From Eledone cirrhosa (lineage: Eukaryota), in the NCBI GenBank assembly GCA_964016885.1, contig OZ024755.1, positions 35,898,001 through 35,962,000 of the forward strand: a DNA stretch of 64,000 nucleotides, written 5' to 3'. Shown here one piece after another: positions 23,452 to 35,075 of the stretch. How positions within the stretch are numbered: the stretch's first letter is position 1; every line of letters starts with the position of its first letter. A program made the translations under genes and the position numbers. The notes beneath the pieces are model-generated. The model made no database searches. It had not been told where the DNA came from and saw nothing but the letters and a program-made list of their open reading frames with translations.

Positions 23452-24433
23452 AGGGAGGAATGCGGGACTGTGTCCTGAAGATATTTTTTTTACCCCATTT
23501 GTAAAATAAGTTAGATTATTTTGAATAAATAATTGTTTCTACCTTTGGCACAAGGCCAGCAATTATCCCAGTGCATTACTGGTACTTTATTTTATCAACC
23601 CCGTAAGGATGAAAGGCAAAGTTAACCTTTGAATAAATAATTGTTTCTACTTTAGGCACAAGGCCAGCAATTACACAGTGCATTACTGGTACTTTATTTT
23701 ATCGACCCCGTAAGGATGAAAGGCAAAGTCAACCTCGGCGGGATTTGAACTCAGATCGTAAAGGGGCGTAACTATGCTGGAAAGCATGGCGTCCGACCCT
23801 CTACCGATAATGCCAATCCACAACCTTTGAATAAATAATTGTTTCTACATTTGGCACAAGGCCATCAATTACCCAGTACATTACTGGTACTTTATTTTAT
23901 CGACCCCGTAAGGATGAAAGGCAAAGTTAACCTCGGCGGGATTTGAACTCAGACCATAAAGGGACGTAACTTTGAATAAATAATGAATGAATATTACGTA
24001 ATTTATGTACTAAATTTCGTAACTCTTGATTAAATATAAATAATTTTATTGCTTATTTCAAGATCCACTTTTGTTAAAATTTTCAAATATCAATACTTCT
24101 GGTTATGATATAATGAACTCTATATTATATCGCTTATGTAAACATTCATATATTTGCATTGTTATATAACGTTTATTTTCTCCGTTTTCGTTTTCATTAC
24201 ATTCCACCGTAAAGCAGTTTATATATATTATCGTCTTTTTTAAATGTTTCATGGATTACTTCACTGATTACAGAAGAGAATGTAACACAGTCTCTCTTCA
24301 TTTTCTGTGGATATTTTCAATTACGATTTTATTAGATGTATCATATCTAAATGCATGTATATTTGTGTATAATATAAATATACACACTCCACATGCTAGC
24401 GGAAAACCACCATAAGGGTGGTTTTTCTGCTAG
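23452..24433 (+). mobile_element. Helitron-like element H1 interrupted by a SINE A cluster
   Basis: The 3' end is the hairpin ctagcggaaaaccaccataagggtggtttttctgCTAG followed by T. No TSD was seen, and four homologous copies occur in the window. Confidence 0.65.
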
Positions 24434-25047
24434 TGCATCTAATTCCTCTTATAACTAGCTTTTCTCACAGCTCATCTATGCTTTGCTTTACCTGCATTTT
24501 TGCATTGCACATCCACAAAGCATGCCTGCTTCATTTCAATAGGACAAAATGCTTTGAAGGGTAGCCTTGTTACACACCGTGCCACACTGAATCTCCTTGG
24601 GAATAATTGTTTCTTATATAGGCACAAGGCCAGCAATTTTGGGGGGAGGGGAAAGTTGATTAATTGACCCCAGTGTGTGACTGGTACTTTATTTTATCGA
24701 CCCCCCCCCCCCCATAAGGACGAAAAGCTAAGTTAACCTTGGCAGGATTTGAATTCAGATCCTAAAGGGCCGTAACTCTATGCTGCAAAGCATGGCTTCT
24801 GACCCTCTACCGATACTGCCAATCCACCACTGTTCTCCTTAGGAACAATGTTAAGAGTTTATGTCTGTGAAATGTTCAGCCACATACAAATGGATTTCAT
24901 GTGGAGGCTATTTCATCGATCAAATAACTAGAACACTCATTATCAGAACCCTAAAAGTCCATTCCATTCCCTCTACACACTGTTTCAACCCCTCATGTTT
25001 TCTCTTTGTCTTCATTAGCTCTTTTTATTCCTTGCTCTCATTCTTAA

Positions 25048-25943
25048 CCCTTTACCATTTACATTTCTTTATATATACTATTGTAATTTTACAGTAAAGG
25101 CTTTACCTCACATAACATTTACATTACTCTATATATACTATTGTATTTCCAACGTGGTAACGACTTTACCTCACATAATTATCTCACATAACATTTACCT
25201 TACTCTATATATACTATTGTATTTTCACAGTAAAGGCTTTACCTCACATAATATCTCACATAACATTTACATTACTCTATATATACTATTGTATTTTCAT
25301 GTGGTAACGACTTTACCTCACATAATTATCTCACATAACATTTACATTACTCTATATATACTATTGTATTTTCACAGTAAAGGCTTTACCTCACATAACA
25401 TTTACCTTACTCTATATATACTATTGTATTTTCACAGTAAAGGCTTTACCTCACATAATACCTCACATAACATTTACATTACTCTATATATACTATTGTA
25501 TTTTCACAGTAAAGGCTTTACCTCACATAACATTTACATTACTCTATATATACTATTGTATTTTCACAGTAAAGGCTTTACCTCAAATAATATCTCACAT
25601 AACATTAACCTTACTCTATATATACTATTGTATTTTCACAGTAAAGGCTTTACCTCACATAACATTAACCTTACTCTATATATACTATTGTATTTTCACA
25701 GTAAAGGCTTTACCTCAAATAATATCTCACATAACATTAACCTTACTCTATATATACTATTGTATTTTCACAGTAAAGGCTTTACCTCACATAATATCTC
25801 ACATAATATCGAATCTATGAGATTTTGATGTTTATTTTGAGAACAATACCTTAATGTAGGTATGAGCTGCCAGATACCGCCGGTTTGAACAGAAAGAGGT
25901 GAGATAGTTCTGGTCGGTTATGGCCGGTTTAAATACTAAAGGG
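25048..25943 (+). mobile_element. piggyBac-like MITE P1 expanded by about 11 tandem copies of its internal 60-72 bp segment
   Basis: TTAA|cccttta...taaaggg|TTAA ends. Unit acatttacattactctatatatactattgtattttcacagtaaaggctttacctcacata(atatctcacata). Confidence 0.88.
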
Positions 25944-25947
25944 TTAA

Positions 25948-26403
25948 CACACTTGGGGTGAGACACACACACACACTTGGGGAGAGACATACATACACAC
26001 ACACACTTGGAGAGAGACATACACACACACACTTGGGGAGAGACATACACACACACTTGGGGAGAGACATACATACACACACACACTTGGAGAGAGACAT
26101 ACACACACACACTTGGGGAGAGACATACACACACACTTGGGGAGAGACACACACACACACTTGGGGAGAGACATACATACACACACACACTTGGGGAGAG
26201 ACATACATACACACTTGGGGAGAGACATACACACACACACTTGGGGAGAGAGACACACGCATTCAGACACACACACACTTGGGGAGAGACACACACACAC
26301 ACGCATTCAGACACACACACACATTTGGAGAGAGACACACACACACACATTTGGGGAGACACATACACACATATACATTCGGGGAGAGGCACCCACACAC
26401 ACA
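25948..26403. repeat. Minisatellite (ca)n-cttggggagagacata
   Basis: Directly visible, 26-32 bp variable unit. Confidence 0.93.
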
Positions 26404-26591
26404 GAGTGAGAAGAAATACTCGGTAAGTTGTTTAATTTATTATAAAGAAATAAGGGGAAAAACAAAACAAAAACAACAAAACATTACTTGAAGGGAATTT
26501 TTATATTTATTAGATATTGTTTTGTTATGACAGATAAACATTTTCAGAGAGTGAGGGGATAGAAAGATATATATATATATATATATATATT

Positions 26592-27550
26592 GCCCAGATG
26601 GTTCTATAGAAATAGTGGACACCTTCCGTTACCTGGGTGACAAAATCAGCAGGGGTGGAGGGTGCTCCGAAAGTACTGTAGCTAGAGTCAGAACAGGATG
26701 GAAAAAGTTTAGAGAGCTTATACCACTATTGGCGGCTAAAGGTTTCTCCCTAAAAATAAAAGGCAGGCTGTATGATACCTGCATACGAACAGCTATGTTA
26801 CATGGCAGTGAGACATGGGCATTGTGTGCAGAGGATCTACACAGACTGGAGAGGAACGAAGTATGAATACTCTGTTGGATGTGTAATACATGAACAGCAA
26901 AACATAAATGAACTAAGTGAGAAATTAGGAATAAGAGGGATCAGATGTTGTTTACTCGAGAGAAGACTACATTGGTATGGTCACGTGATGCACATGAAAG
27001 ACGACAGCTGTATAAAAAAAGTGCAGGGCGATCAAAATGGACGGTAGCTACGGAGTAGGCAGACCCAGAAAAACCTGGACGACTTGATAAATTCCGACCT
27101 CACACACACCTCTCCAAGACAATGTCACTGGACTGAGATCTTTGGCGCTACGCAGTAATACAGAAGACCCGCCTTGCCTAAGTACAGTCAGTAGGCACCT
27201 CTTAACCAAAATACACCCCCGTCCCACTAGCCCTACCGCCATCTACATCACCCCTTTCGATGTAAAGCTCTGTTGGTACCACAACATCCAGTCCTAAATA
27301 AATGAGGTCGTGTAGGTGTCACGACAAAAAAAAGACACAGTCCACACTGTAATGTGGTCATGTAGGTAAGACGGTAAAAACCTCCCAGTCCACACTGTAA
27401 ACGTTGTTGGTGTTAGGAAGGGCATCCAGCCATAGAAAACCCGCCAGACAGTCCTGAGCAAGACAACAAATCTTGCCTCAAGTGGGACAATTCCCGTCCA
27501 GACCCATGCTAGCGTGGAAGATGGATGTTAAACGATGATGATGATGATGA
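26592..27550 (+). mobile_element. 5'-truncated RTE-clade LINE (RTE-A): RT C-terminus plus 3' UTR plus (GAT)n tail
   Basis: IEIVDTFRYLGDKIS...ARVRTGWKKFREL...KGRLYDTCIRTAMLHGSETW...ERRLHWYGHVMHM...GRPRKTW, with stops and frameshifts. Confidence 0.93.
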
Positions 27551-27770
27551 TATATATCAATGATATTAATAAATGGAAACTATATTTATAAAAACCATAT
27601 TTATTCTATTATATATATTTTTAGGGTACAAAAATTTTGGTACACTATCATCAGATAAAATACAAAGTGTGTTTTATAAATTTTGACATAACCAAGGATA
27701 ATATACCTCAACGATTTAAGTTATCCCTGGAATGTGTGTGCGTATATATATATATATACGCACACACACA

Positions 27771-28101
27771 TCATCACCATTTTACGTCTGCTTTTCCCTG
27801 CTTGCAAGGGTGGGACGGGAACTGATTCTGGCTTGATTTCTACAGCTGGATGCCCTTCCTAACACCAACCTCATTTACAGTGAGTGCTGGGTGCTTTTTT
27901 GCCGTGGCACCTCCACGACCACTTTGCAGTGGAATGATATGGACCCCAGTCCCTATCATCTCATTTCTACAGCTGAGTAAACTGGAGCAATGTGAAATAA
28001 AGTGTCTTGCTCAAGGAAACAACACATCACCCGGTCTGAGAATTGAACTCACAACCTTTCGATTGCAAGGCCAATGCTCTAACCACTAAGCCATGTGCCT
28101 C
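27771..28101 (-). mobile_element. SINE family B, full length
   Basis: Near-identical reverse complement of 3973-4305. Other copies lie at 59935-60268 and 62385-62557 (minus), with partial or old copies at 1245-1362 and 60285-60525. Confidence 0.9.
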
Positions 28102-28103
28102 TC

Positions 28104-28155
<52 letters not shown>

Positions 28156-28179
28156 CATGCACAATTATATATATATATC

Positions 28180-28252
<73 letters not shown>

Positions 28253-28669
28253 ATAAAGAGAGATAAAGATAAAGAGAGAGAGAGTATTTTCTATATTTCT
28301 TCAATTTCCTTGTCTTGCAATTTTGCAAAAAGTAGAAAATGTTGAGAAAATATTGAAGAATATAAAGAAAGAAAGATCAGGTGCATTCTTCAGGAGCCAA
28401 GGAGAAACTTACACTTGAGCTAGATTTTCTAATTATGAATTCGGAATTGCCAATTAGCCATTTATTCAGCTAGAACAATCAAGATACATGAAGCTGCAGA
28501 GCTGTATACGTCTTGAAGCAAAGACACCAGTAATTGGCTGGAACAGTCCACATAGAATCGGGTAGCTAAGAAACAACAATGCTTATTACATCATTTTCCA
28601 TTTTAGTTATTTTTATTTTAAAACTTCTTCCAGAAACTAAAATTTTCATTGGAAAGAGAAAGGGTGAGT

Positions 28670-28742
28670 TTTCATTGAAGAGAGAGAGAGAAAGAGAGAG
28701 AGAGAGAGTTTCCTTTGAAGAGAGAGAGAGAGAGAATTCATT

Positions 28743-28778
<36 letters not shown>

Positions 28779-28955
28779 CATTGAAGAGAGAGAGAGAGTT
28801 TTCATTGAAGAGAGAGAGTCTTTATTGAAGAAAGAGTGTTCATAGAAGAGAGAGAGAGAGGGGGGGGTCATTGAAGACACAGAGAGAGAGAGAGAGTGTG
28901 TGTGCGTGTGTTTTCATTGAAAAGAGAGAGACTTTATTGAAGAGAGAGTTTTCAA

Positions 28956-29036
<81 letters not shown>

Positions 29037-29060
29037 TTTTCAATGAAGAGAGAGAGTTTT
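28670..29060. repeat. Minisatellite ttcattgaa(ga)n and (TA)n(GA)n microsatellite
   Basis: Directly visible. Confidence 0.92.
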
Positions 29061-29153
29061 CACATCATAGGTTTTCTCCATATAAAGTGGTTAATGTCTT
29101 TGTAACTACTGACCAGTGAAATATCTGTCTCCCAAGATAGAAACTTTTATATA

Positions 29154-29254
29154 CAGGGTGTCCTAAAAAAATGTATACACACTTTGTTTACCTGTACAGG
29201 CAATATTTATAAGAATGCTGTTGAAGTGTGCATACATTTTGGGGGGACACCCTC
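29154..29254. mobile_element. Tc1/mariner-type MITE of about 100 bp
   Basis: TA|cagggtgtcctaaaaaaatgtatacacactt ... aagtgtgcatacattttggggggacaccctc|TA. A second, inverted copy lies at 36515-36610. Confidence 0.85.
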
Positions 29255-29446
29255 TATATAGTATAGTTAATTGAAAAATAAGTTATTAAATGACCAAACT
29301 TTGTGTAAACTGTGAAAGTGAGATTTAAAATGAAAAGAAATTGCTGAAGAACTGAATAAGATGCCTCTCAACATTTGATATAGTCTTGTGCCATCTGTAT
29401 TAACTTGATCAACTTCAATAACTAATGCCATCCTTGCTATATATAT

Positions 29447-29905
29447 CTAAGGCGGATAAAATTCCCGAGATCCATGGACGAGTTCTCTCCAGCGGTCTCT
29501 GTCCCTCATTATCGCTGCCATGTCCTGCGTCTCCAACAGACCAGTGTCCGTCCTTAGGGCATCAACATACGTTAACCTTGGTCTTCCTCTTCTAGTGTGT
29601 CCATGTAGGGGCTCCCACAGGAGCACTGAGTGCAATGTCAACTCTGGATGTCGGTGAGCATGTCCAGCTAACCTCAGTCTCCTCTGTGTCACTTTTGAGC
29701 TGAAAATCGTAAAGACCTGAAAATCCGCCTCTTCATTGCTGTAGTGGAGTCTGTGCTGCTGTATGGGTCTGAGACTTGGACACTGACCAAGAAACTCACT
29801 CAGATGGTGGATGGGTGCTACACGAGAATGCTGAGGATGGCTCTGAACATTAATCAGTATACACTGAAGATGAAAAACTCAGAGCTGTATGGGAGCATCC
29901 CAAAA
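29447..29905 (-). mobile_element. RTE-like LINE insertion with an inverted 5' segment and 11-bp TSD
   Basis: Minus 29447-29703 reads SSKVTQRRLRLAGHAHRH...RGRPRLTYVD...DRDRWR. Plus 29704-29905 reads KIRLFIAVVESVLLYGSETWTL...ELYGSIPK. The TSD gctatatatat lies at 29436-29446 and 29906-29916. Confidence 0.85.
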
Positions 29906-29941
29906 GCTATATATATATGCTCAAATATTTGTAGACGTTAA

Positions 29942-31002
29942 CCCTTTAGCATTTACATTACTCTATATATATAGGGTGGTTCGAAAGCCCCTTGTCACAT
30001 ATTGTTTTAACTTTCATTATTTTTTTGTTGGTGAATTGGCAGTATCGGTCGAGGGTTGGACGCCATGCTTTCTAGCATAGTTATGTCCCTTTACGATCTG
30101 AGTTCAAATACCGTCGAGGTTAACTTTGCCTTTCATCCTTACGGGGTCGATAAAATAAAGTACCAGTAATGTACTGGGTAATTGGTGGCCTTGTGCCAAA
30201 AGTAGAAACAATTATTTTTTGTTTTAATAATATAATATATAATATCAATATATAATAATAAATGTTTCTACTTTTGGCACAAGGCCAGCAATTATCCCAG
30301 TGTATTACTGGTACTTTATTTTATCGACCCCGTAAGGATGAAAGGCAAAGTTAACCTCGGCGGGATTTGAACTCGGACCATAAAGAGTCGTAATTCTTTG
30401 CTGCAAAGCATGGCGTCCAACCCTCTACCGATACTGCCAATCCACCACCCATATTGTCCAACCCTCTACCGATACTGCCAATCCACCACCCATGGCGTCC
30501 GACCCTCTACCGATACTGCCAATCCACCACCCATGGTGTCCGACCCTCTACCGATACTGCCAATCCACCGTGCTTAATTATAATATATAATAATAATAAT
30601 ATAATTTTCTATTTCAGAGCTCCTACAGTTTGGAAGAGAGGCTGCTTGCAAGTGTATGGACACATGATCGTGTGCATTCTGGCAAGAGCATGGAGGATGT
30701 GTGACATGACTTCACTGCAAGATTCAGCAAACCAGCTCCTCCGAAGAGGACAATACTGCGATGGGAACATAAACTGTTTCTTATTACTTTTTGGTAGAGG
30801 GTGACAAAACTTTTGGACCATCCTGTACTGTTGTATTTTTGTGGTAAAGGTTTTACCTCACATAATTATCTCATAAGATTTTGATATTATTTATTTTGAG
30901 AACAATACCCTAGCATCAGTATAAGTGGCCAGTTATGGCTGATTTGAACAGAAAGAGGGAAGAGAATTCTGGTCAGATACAGCCAGTTTAAATGCCAAAG
31001 TG
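29942..31002 (+). mobile_element. piggyBac-like MITE P1 split by a Tc1/mariner element
   Basis: The left part ccctttagcatttacattactctatatata resumes at 30826 as tactgttgtatttt... Confidence 0.8.
29972..30825 (+). mobile_element. Internally deleted Tc1/mariner element with an N-terminal HTH (DUF4817-like) transposase remnant, carrying two SINE A insertions
   Basis: Degenerate TIRs tagggtggttcgaaagccccttgtcac / gtgacaaaacttttggaccatcctg with a TA duplication. 30618-30780 translates to SSYSLEERLLASVW...*HDFTARFSKPAPPKRTILRWEHKLF. SINEs lie at 30029-30215 (+) and 30258-30570 (-). Confidence 0.75.
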
Positions 31003-31258
31003 TCAAACCAGCCAGAATTCTCTCACCTCTTTTCGTTCAAACCCACCTTAACTGGCCATTCATACTGATGTTAAGGTATTGTTCTAAAAATAAATAATAT
31101 CAAAATCTTGTAGATTCGATATTATGTCAGATAAAGTAGTTACCATGAAAATACAATAGTATATATTGAGTAAAGTAAATGTGAAAGGGTTAAACAAAAA
31201 GAATTTATTTAGGACTGCCAATATTGTAGCTAGCACAATTTCATTAACATCCTATTAA

Positions 31259-31590
31259 CCCTAAGGAGATAACAGTACCGATCTATCAGCCAAAACGTCA
31301 AATGTCAAAGAAGAGGACAGGGCCAATCTGTCAGCCCGATAATGCAAGCCTTGAGATTAGCTAGCTGTTCTTTGCACCAACCAATCAGATTGCTTCTCAC
31401 ATTTCTTGCACATCTGGGCCTTTCATTGGTGGTTTCCATCATAGTTTCCTGTTTTTTTGTGATTTATATATCATGCACTTTATTTTTTAATAATTTTGGG
31501 GAAAATAAGTGCATGCCCTCAGTAGGGCTTGAGAAACGGGCTCTGTCTCCTTGGCCCTGAAACTACAAATGAGGCTCCAACTTCAAAGGG
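31259..31590. mobile_element. Possible piggyBac-like non-autonomous element
   Basis: TTAA|ccct...aggg|TTAA termini only; single copy in the window. Confidence 0.4.
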
Positions 31591-32553
31591 TTAATAAAAA
31601 TATAAAAAAATCCTAAACAAATCTACAACACTACAGGTATTTAAAAATGGAAAATGAAAGGAAGGGTAAGGGATTTGGGGTCACATAAATATGGGAGGGG
31701 GGAGAGAGAAGGGGTGTGCTCTAGGCATAGGGCAGAGTGGTGTTGGGGCTGCGCTCTGCAGACAAGACCACAAAAGCATTTCTGTGGACAATAACCTGCG
31801 AGACCCCCTGCAACGACCACTCCATCTTGCAGGGTTCCTTCCTCACAAGAGAATTTATTTAGGGCAGTTGATATTGATACTAGCATATATTCACTAACAT
31901 CCCATTAAGAGATTATACTTACTCTGACTAAGCAACTGACTAGCAGTGGTGTTTCTTTGCTTGTTTGGTTATATTTCAAAATATATTTGTCAAAGAGGAG
32001 AGATCAAACCAGCAAATTTTGAGCTGAGTCATTTCTCAGCAGAAAATATTCACAGCATTCTTAGTAAATTTCTATTATCAAAAGAATAACAAAGCTTCAT
32101 AGGATGATTACATTAGCTGATCAAATTTTCCCCGACAATAATAATGATAACTGTTTTAATGTATTTTTATAAAAAATAAAGCAGCTATTTGTTTTTTGTT
32201 TGTATTTATGTGTTTTTCATATTTGTTTAATGCATCTATTTCTAATTCTTATTTATTTTACAAAATCTATTCACTTGAAGATTTACTGAGAATAGTAAAA
32301 TGTAAAGCAAATAGATATTATCAAAAAAAGATATTTATCAAGCAAAATATTTATGCACATTTAAATTAGAACTGATGGTTTGTTTCATTTTCTCCCATCT
32401 AGCTAAAGATAGCTATTAAGATAAAGCAGAAAATAAATTGTAATAGCAACATTAAAGTAGTTGACACTACCAACACTACTACTACTACAACCACAATTAC
32501 TACCACCACAACCACCATTACTACTACAGCTACAACCACCACCACTACTACCT

Positions 32554-32782
32554 CCAACACTAAATCTATTGCTTTATTTGGTGTTTTCCTACTCCACACT
32601 GCCGTGGGGGGTTAGATAGGTTTACACAACAGTATATTTGCCTATCTTGTTTTCCAACTGCTGTTATACTACAACCGCCAACACTAAATTTATTATTCGA
32701 ATTGGTGTCTTTCCTATTCCACACTGCTGTAGGTTAGATAGGTTTACATAACAGTATATTTTCTTATCTTGTTTCTTAACTG
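32554..32782. repeat. Diverged ~124-bp tandem duplication next to a (CAA/CTA/CCA)n tract
   Basis: ccaacactaaat...ggttagataggtttacacaacagtatattt..tatcttgttt occurs twice. Confidence 0.8.
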
Positions 32783-33097
32783 GTGTGATGTAGCTTTCAA
32801 AGAACACATCTAAAACACTTCCTCTCAAAATGTATGACAACTCTTATATCTCTATTTGAAATGTAGTTGTCCCAGTACTTTGAGAAAATTGGGTAAAATA
32901 TCCCTGGAGATAAAAAAAAAAGAGGACAGAGACACCCTTGGCCCCTATTTTCTGTCAACAAGGGTATGTTACCTAATTTTCTCAACTAATAATTAGTATG
33001 GCCAACTATTATTATAGAAATTTGCATTGGGGCACACACACATTTCAAATTTTTGCAATTCTCAAGTCATCTGGATGTTTACTATATATGTGATGGA

Positions 33098-33866
33098 GAC
33101 ATGACAAAAAGCACCCAGCCCACACTGTAAAGTGGTCGTGTAGGTGTCATGACAAAAAGCACACAGTCCACACTGTAAAGTGGTTGTGTAGGAGTCACGA
33201 CAAAAAGCACCCAGCCCACACTGTAAAATGGTTGTGTAGGTGTCATGACAAAAAGCACGCAGTCCACACTGTAAAGTGGTTGTGTAGGAGTCACGACAAA
33301 AAGCACCCAGCCCACACTGTAAAATGGTTGTGTAGGTGTCATGACAAAAAGCACACAGTCCACACTGTAAAGTGGTTGTGTAGGTGTCACGACAAAAAGC
33401 ACGCAGTCCACACTGTAAAGTGGTTGTGTAGGTTTCATGACAAAAAGCACCCAGCCCACACTGTAAAGTGGTCGTGTAGGTGTCATGACAAAAAGCACCT
33501 AGCCCACACTGTAAAGTGGTCGTGTAGGTGTCATGACAAAAAGCACCCAGCCCACACTGTAAAGTGGTCGTGTAGGTGTCATGACAAAAAGCACCCAGCC
33601 CACACTGTAAAGTGGTCGTGTAGGTGTCATGACAAAAAGCACACAGTCCACACTGTAAAGTGCTTGTGTAGGTGTCACGACAAAAAGAACCCAGTCCACA
33701 CTGTAAATAAGGATGACATTAAGAAGGGCATTGAGCTATAGAAACCAAGCCAGAGACAGTTCTGTATGAGTAAGACAGTCATCTGACCCAGCTTGCCTCA
33801 AATGAGACAGCTCATCTAATCCATGCTAGCATGGAAAAATGAACATTAAACGGTGATGATGATGAA
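33098..33866 (+). mobile_element. RTE 3' UTR fragment with about 14 tandem copies of the 42-bp unit
   Basis: Unit gacaaaaagcacccagcccacactgtaaagtggtcgtgtaggtgtcat-like at 33098-33706, then the aagggcat... tail and (GAT)n. Confidence 0.88.
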
Positions 33867-33984
33867 TGTTGTGTGTGTGTGTTGCAAGAAAAGAATTCAA
33901 ATGTTTCACTATAGGATTCGTCAGTATATCTGTACAGTTACTTCTTTTTAACAGACACAAGAGCTAATCATCAGATATAACAAA

Positions 33985-34655
33985 GAGAGGAGTGTGGGAC
34001 TGTGTCCTGAATATTTTATTTTATCCCGTTTGTAAAATAAGTTGGATTACTTGTAAATAATTGTTTCTTCTTTTGGCACAAGGCCAGCAATTATCACAGT
34101 GTATTACTGGTACTTTATTTTATCGACCCCGTAAGGATGAAAGGCAAAGTTAACCGCGGCTGGATATGAACTCAGACTATAAAGGGCTGTAACTCTTTGC
34201 TGCAGAGCATGGCGTCCGACCCTCTACCGATACTGCCAATCCACCACCCCTTTCAATAAATAATGAATGAATATTACATAATTTATCTACTAAATTTCGC
34301 AACTCTTGATTAAATATAAATAATTTTATTGCTTATTTCAAGATTCACTTCTTTTAAAATTTTTAAATGTCTGGTTATGATATAATGGATGATATATCAC
34401 ATATCGCTTATGTAAACATTCATATATTTGCATCATTATATAACGTTTATATATAATATCGCCTTTTTTAAATATATCATGGATTACTTTACTGATTACA
34501 GAAGAGAGTGTAACACAGTCTCTCTTCCATTTCTGTGCATATTCACAATTACGATTTTATTTCACTATTTATCTATATATATATTTGCATATAATATCAA
34601 TATGCACACTACACAAGCTAGCAGAAAACCACCCGAAGGATGGTTTTTCTGCTAG
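33985..34655 (+). mobile_element. Helitron-like element H1 with a SINE A insertion
   Basis: Ends in ctagcagaaaaccacccgaaggatggtttttctgCTAG|T. Confidence 0.65.
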
Positions 34656-34907
34656 TATTTCTAATAATTAGATTGTAATCGAACAACTCAATTGTGTCCA
34701 ATCTTTCCTGTTTATATTACACATTCAGCAAATTACACTAACCATAGTTTGTGTACTTTTTCCTCTCTTCTAATATCCATAGTTCACTGTCATAGACCAT
34801 CGATCTTCTGAGACATAAATCATATAGTTTAATCTTTCCACAGTTAGTGACTCAATAAGTAGACATCGAATTAAACTTTAGTTTTGAATAAATAGATAAA
34901 CCTGTAT

Positions 34908-35075
34908 CAGTGCCGGATTTACCATTGTGCTTAGGTCTGCTTAAGTGCAGAGCCTATTGGCCAGGATGGAGGGGCATCTTCCTGCCAAGAAAATGTTTTT
35001 GCTCCTTCGGGGCTTAAGTAAGGGGCCTCATAACTTAATTAGCACAGGACCTCATTGGTCCTAAATCCGGCACTG
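34908..35075. mobile_element. hAT-type MITE
   Basis: TIR cagtgccggattta/taaatccggcactg with a degenerate 8-bp TSD acctgtat/ccctttat. Confidence 0.85.

Noticed and set aside
24440-24545. Strong minus-strand donor CAG|gtaaag
   Set aside because: The surrounding sequence is a degenerate RTE fragment (NEAGML..MCN..QSIDEL.EKL).
28413-28469. 57-nt phase 0-0 micro-exon candidate on the minus strand (LNKWLIGNSEFIIRKSSSS, gtaagt donor)
   Set aside because: The acceptor is modest and there is no homology; such matches are expected by chance in 44 kb.
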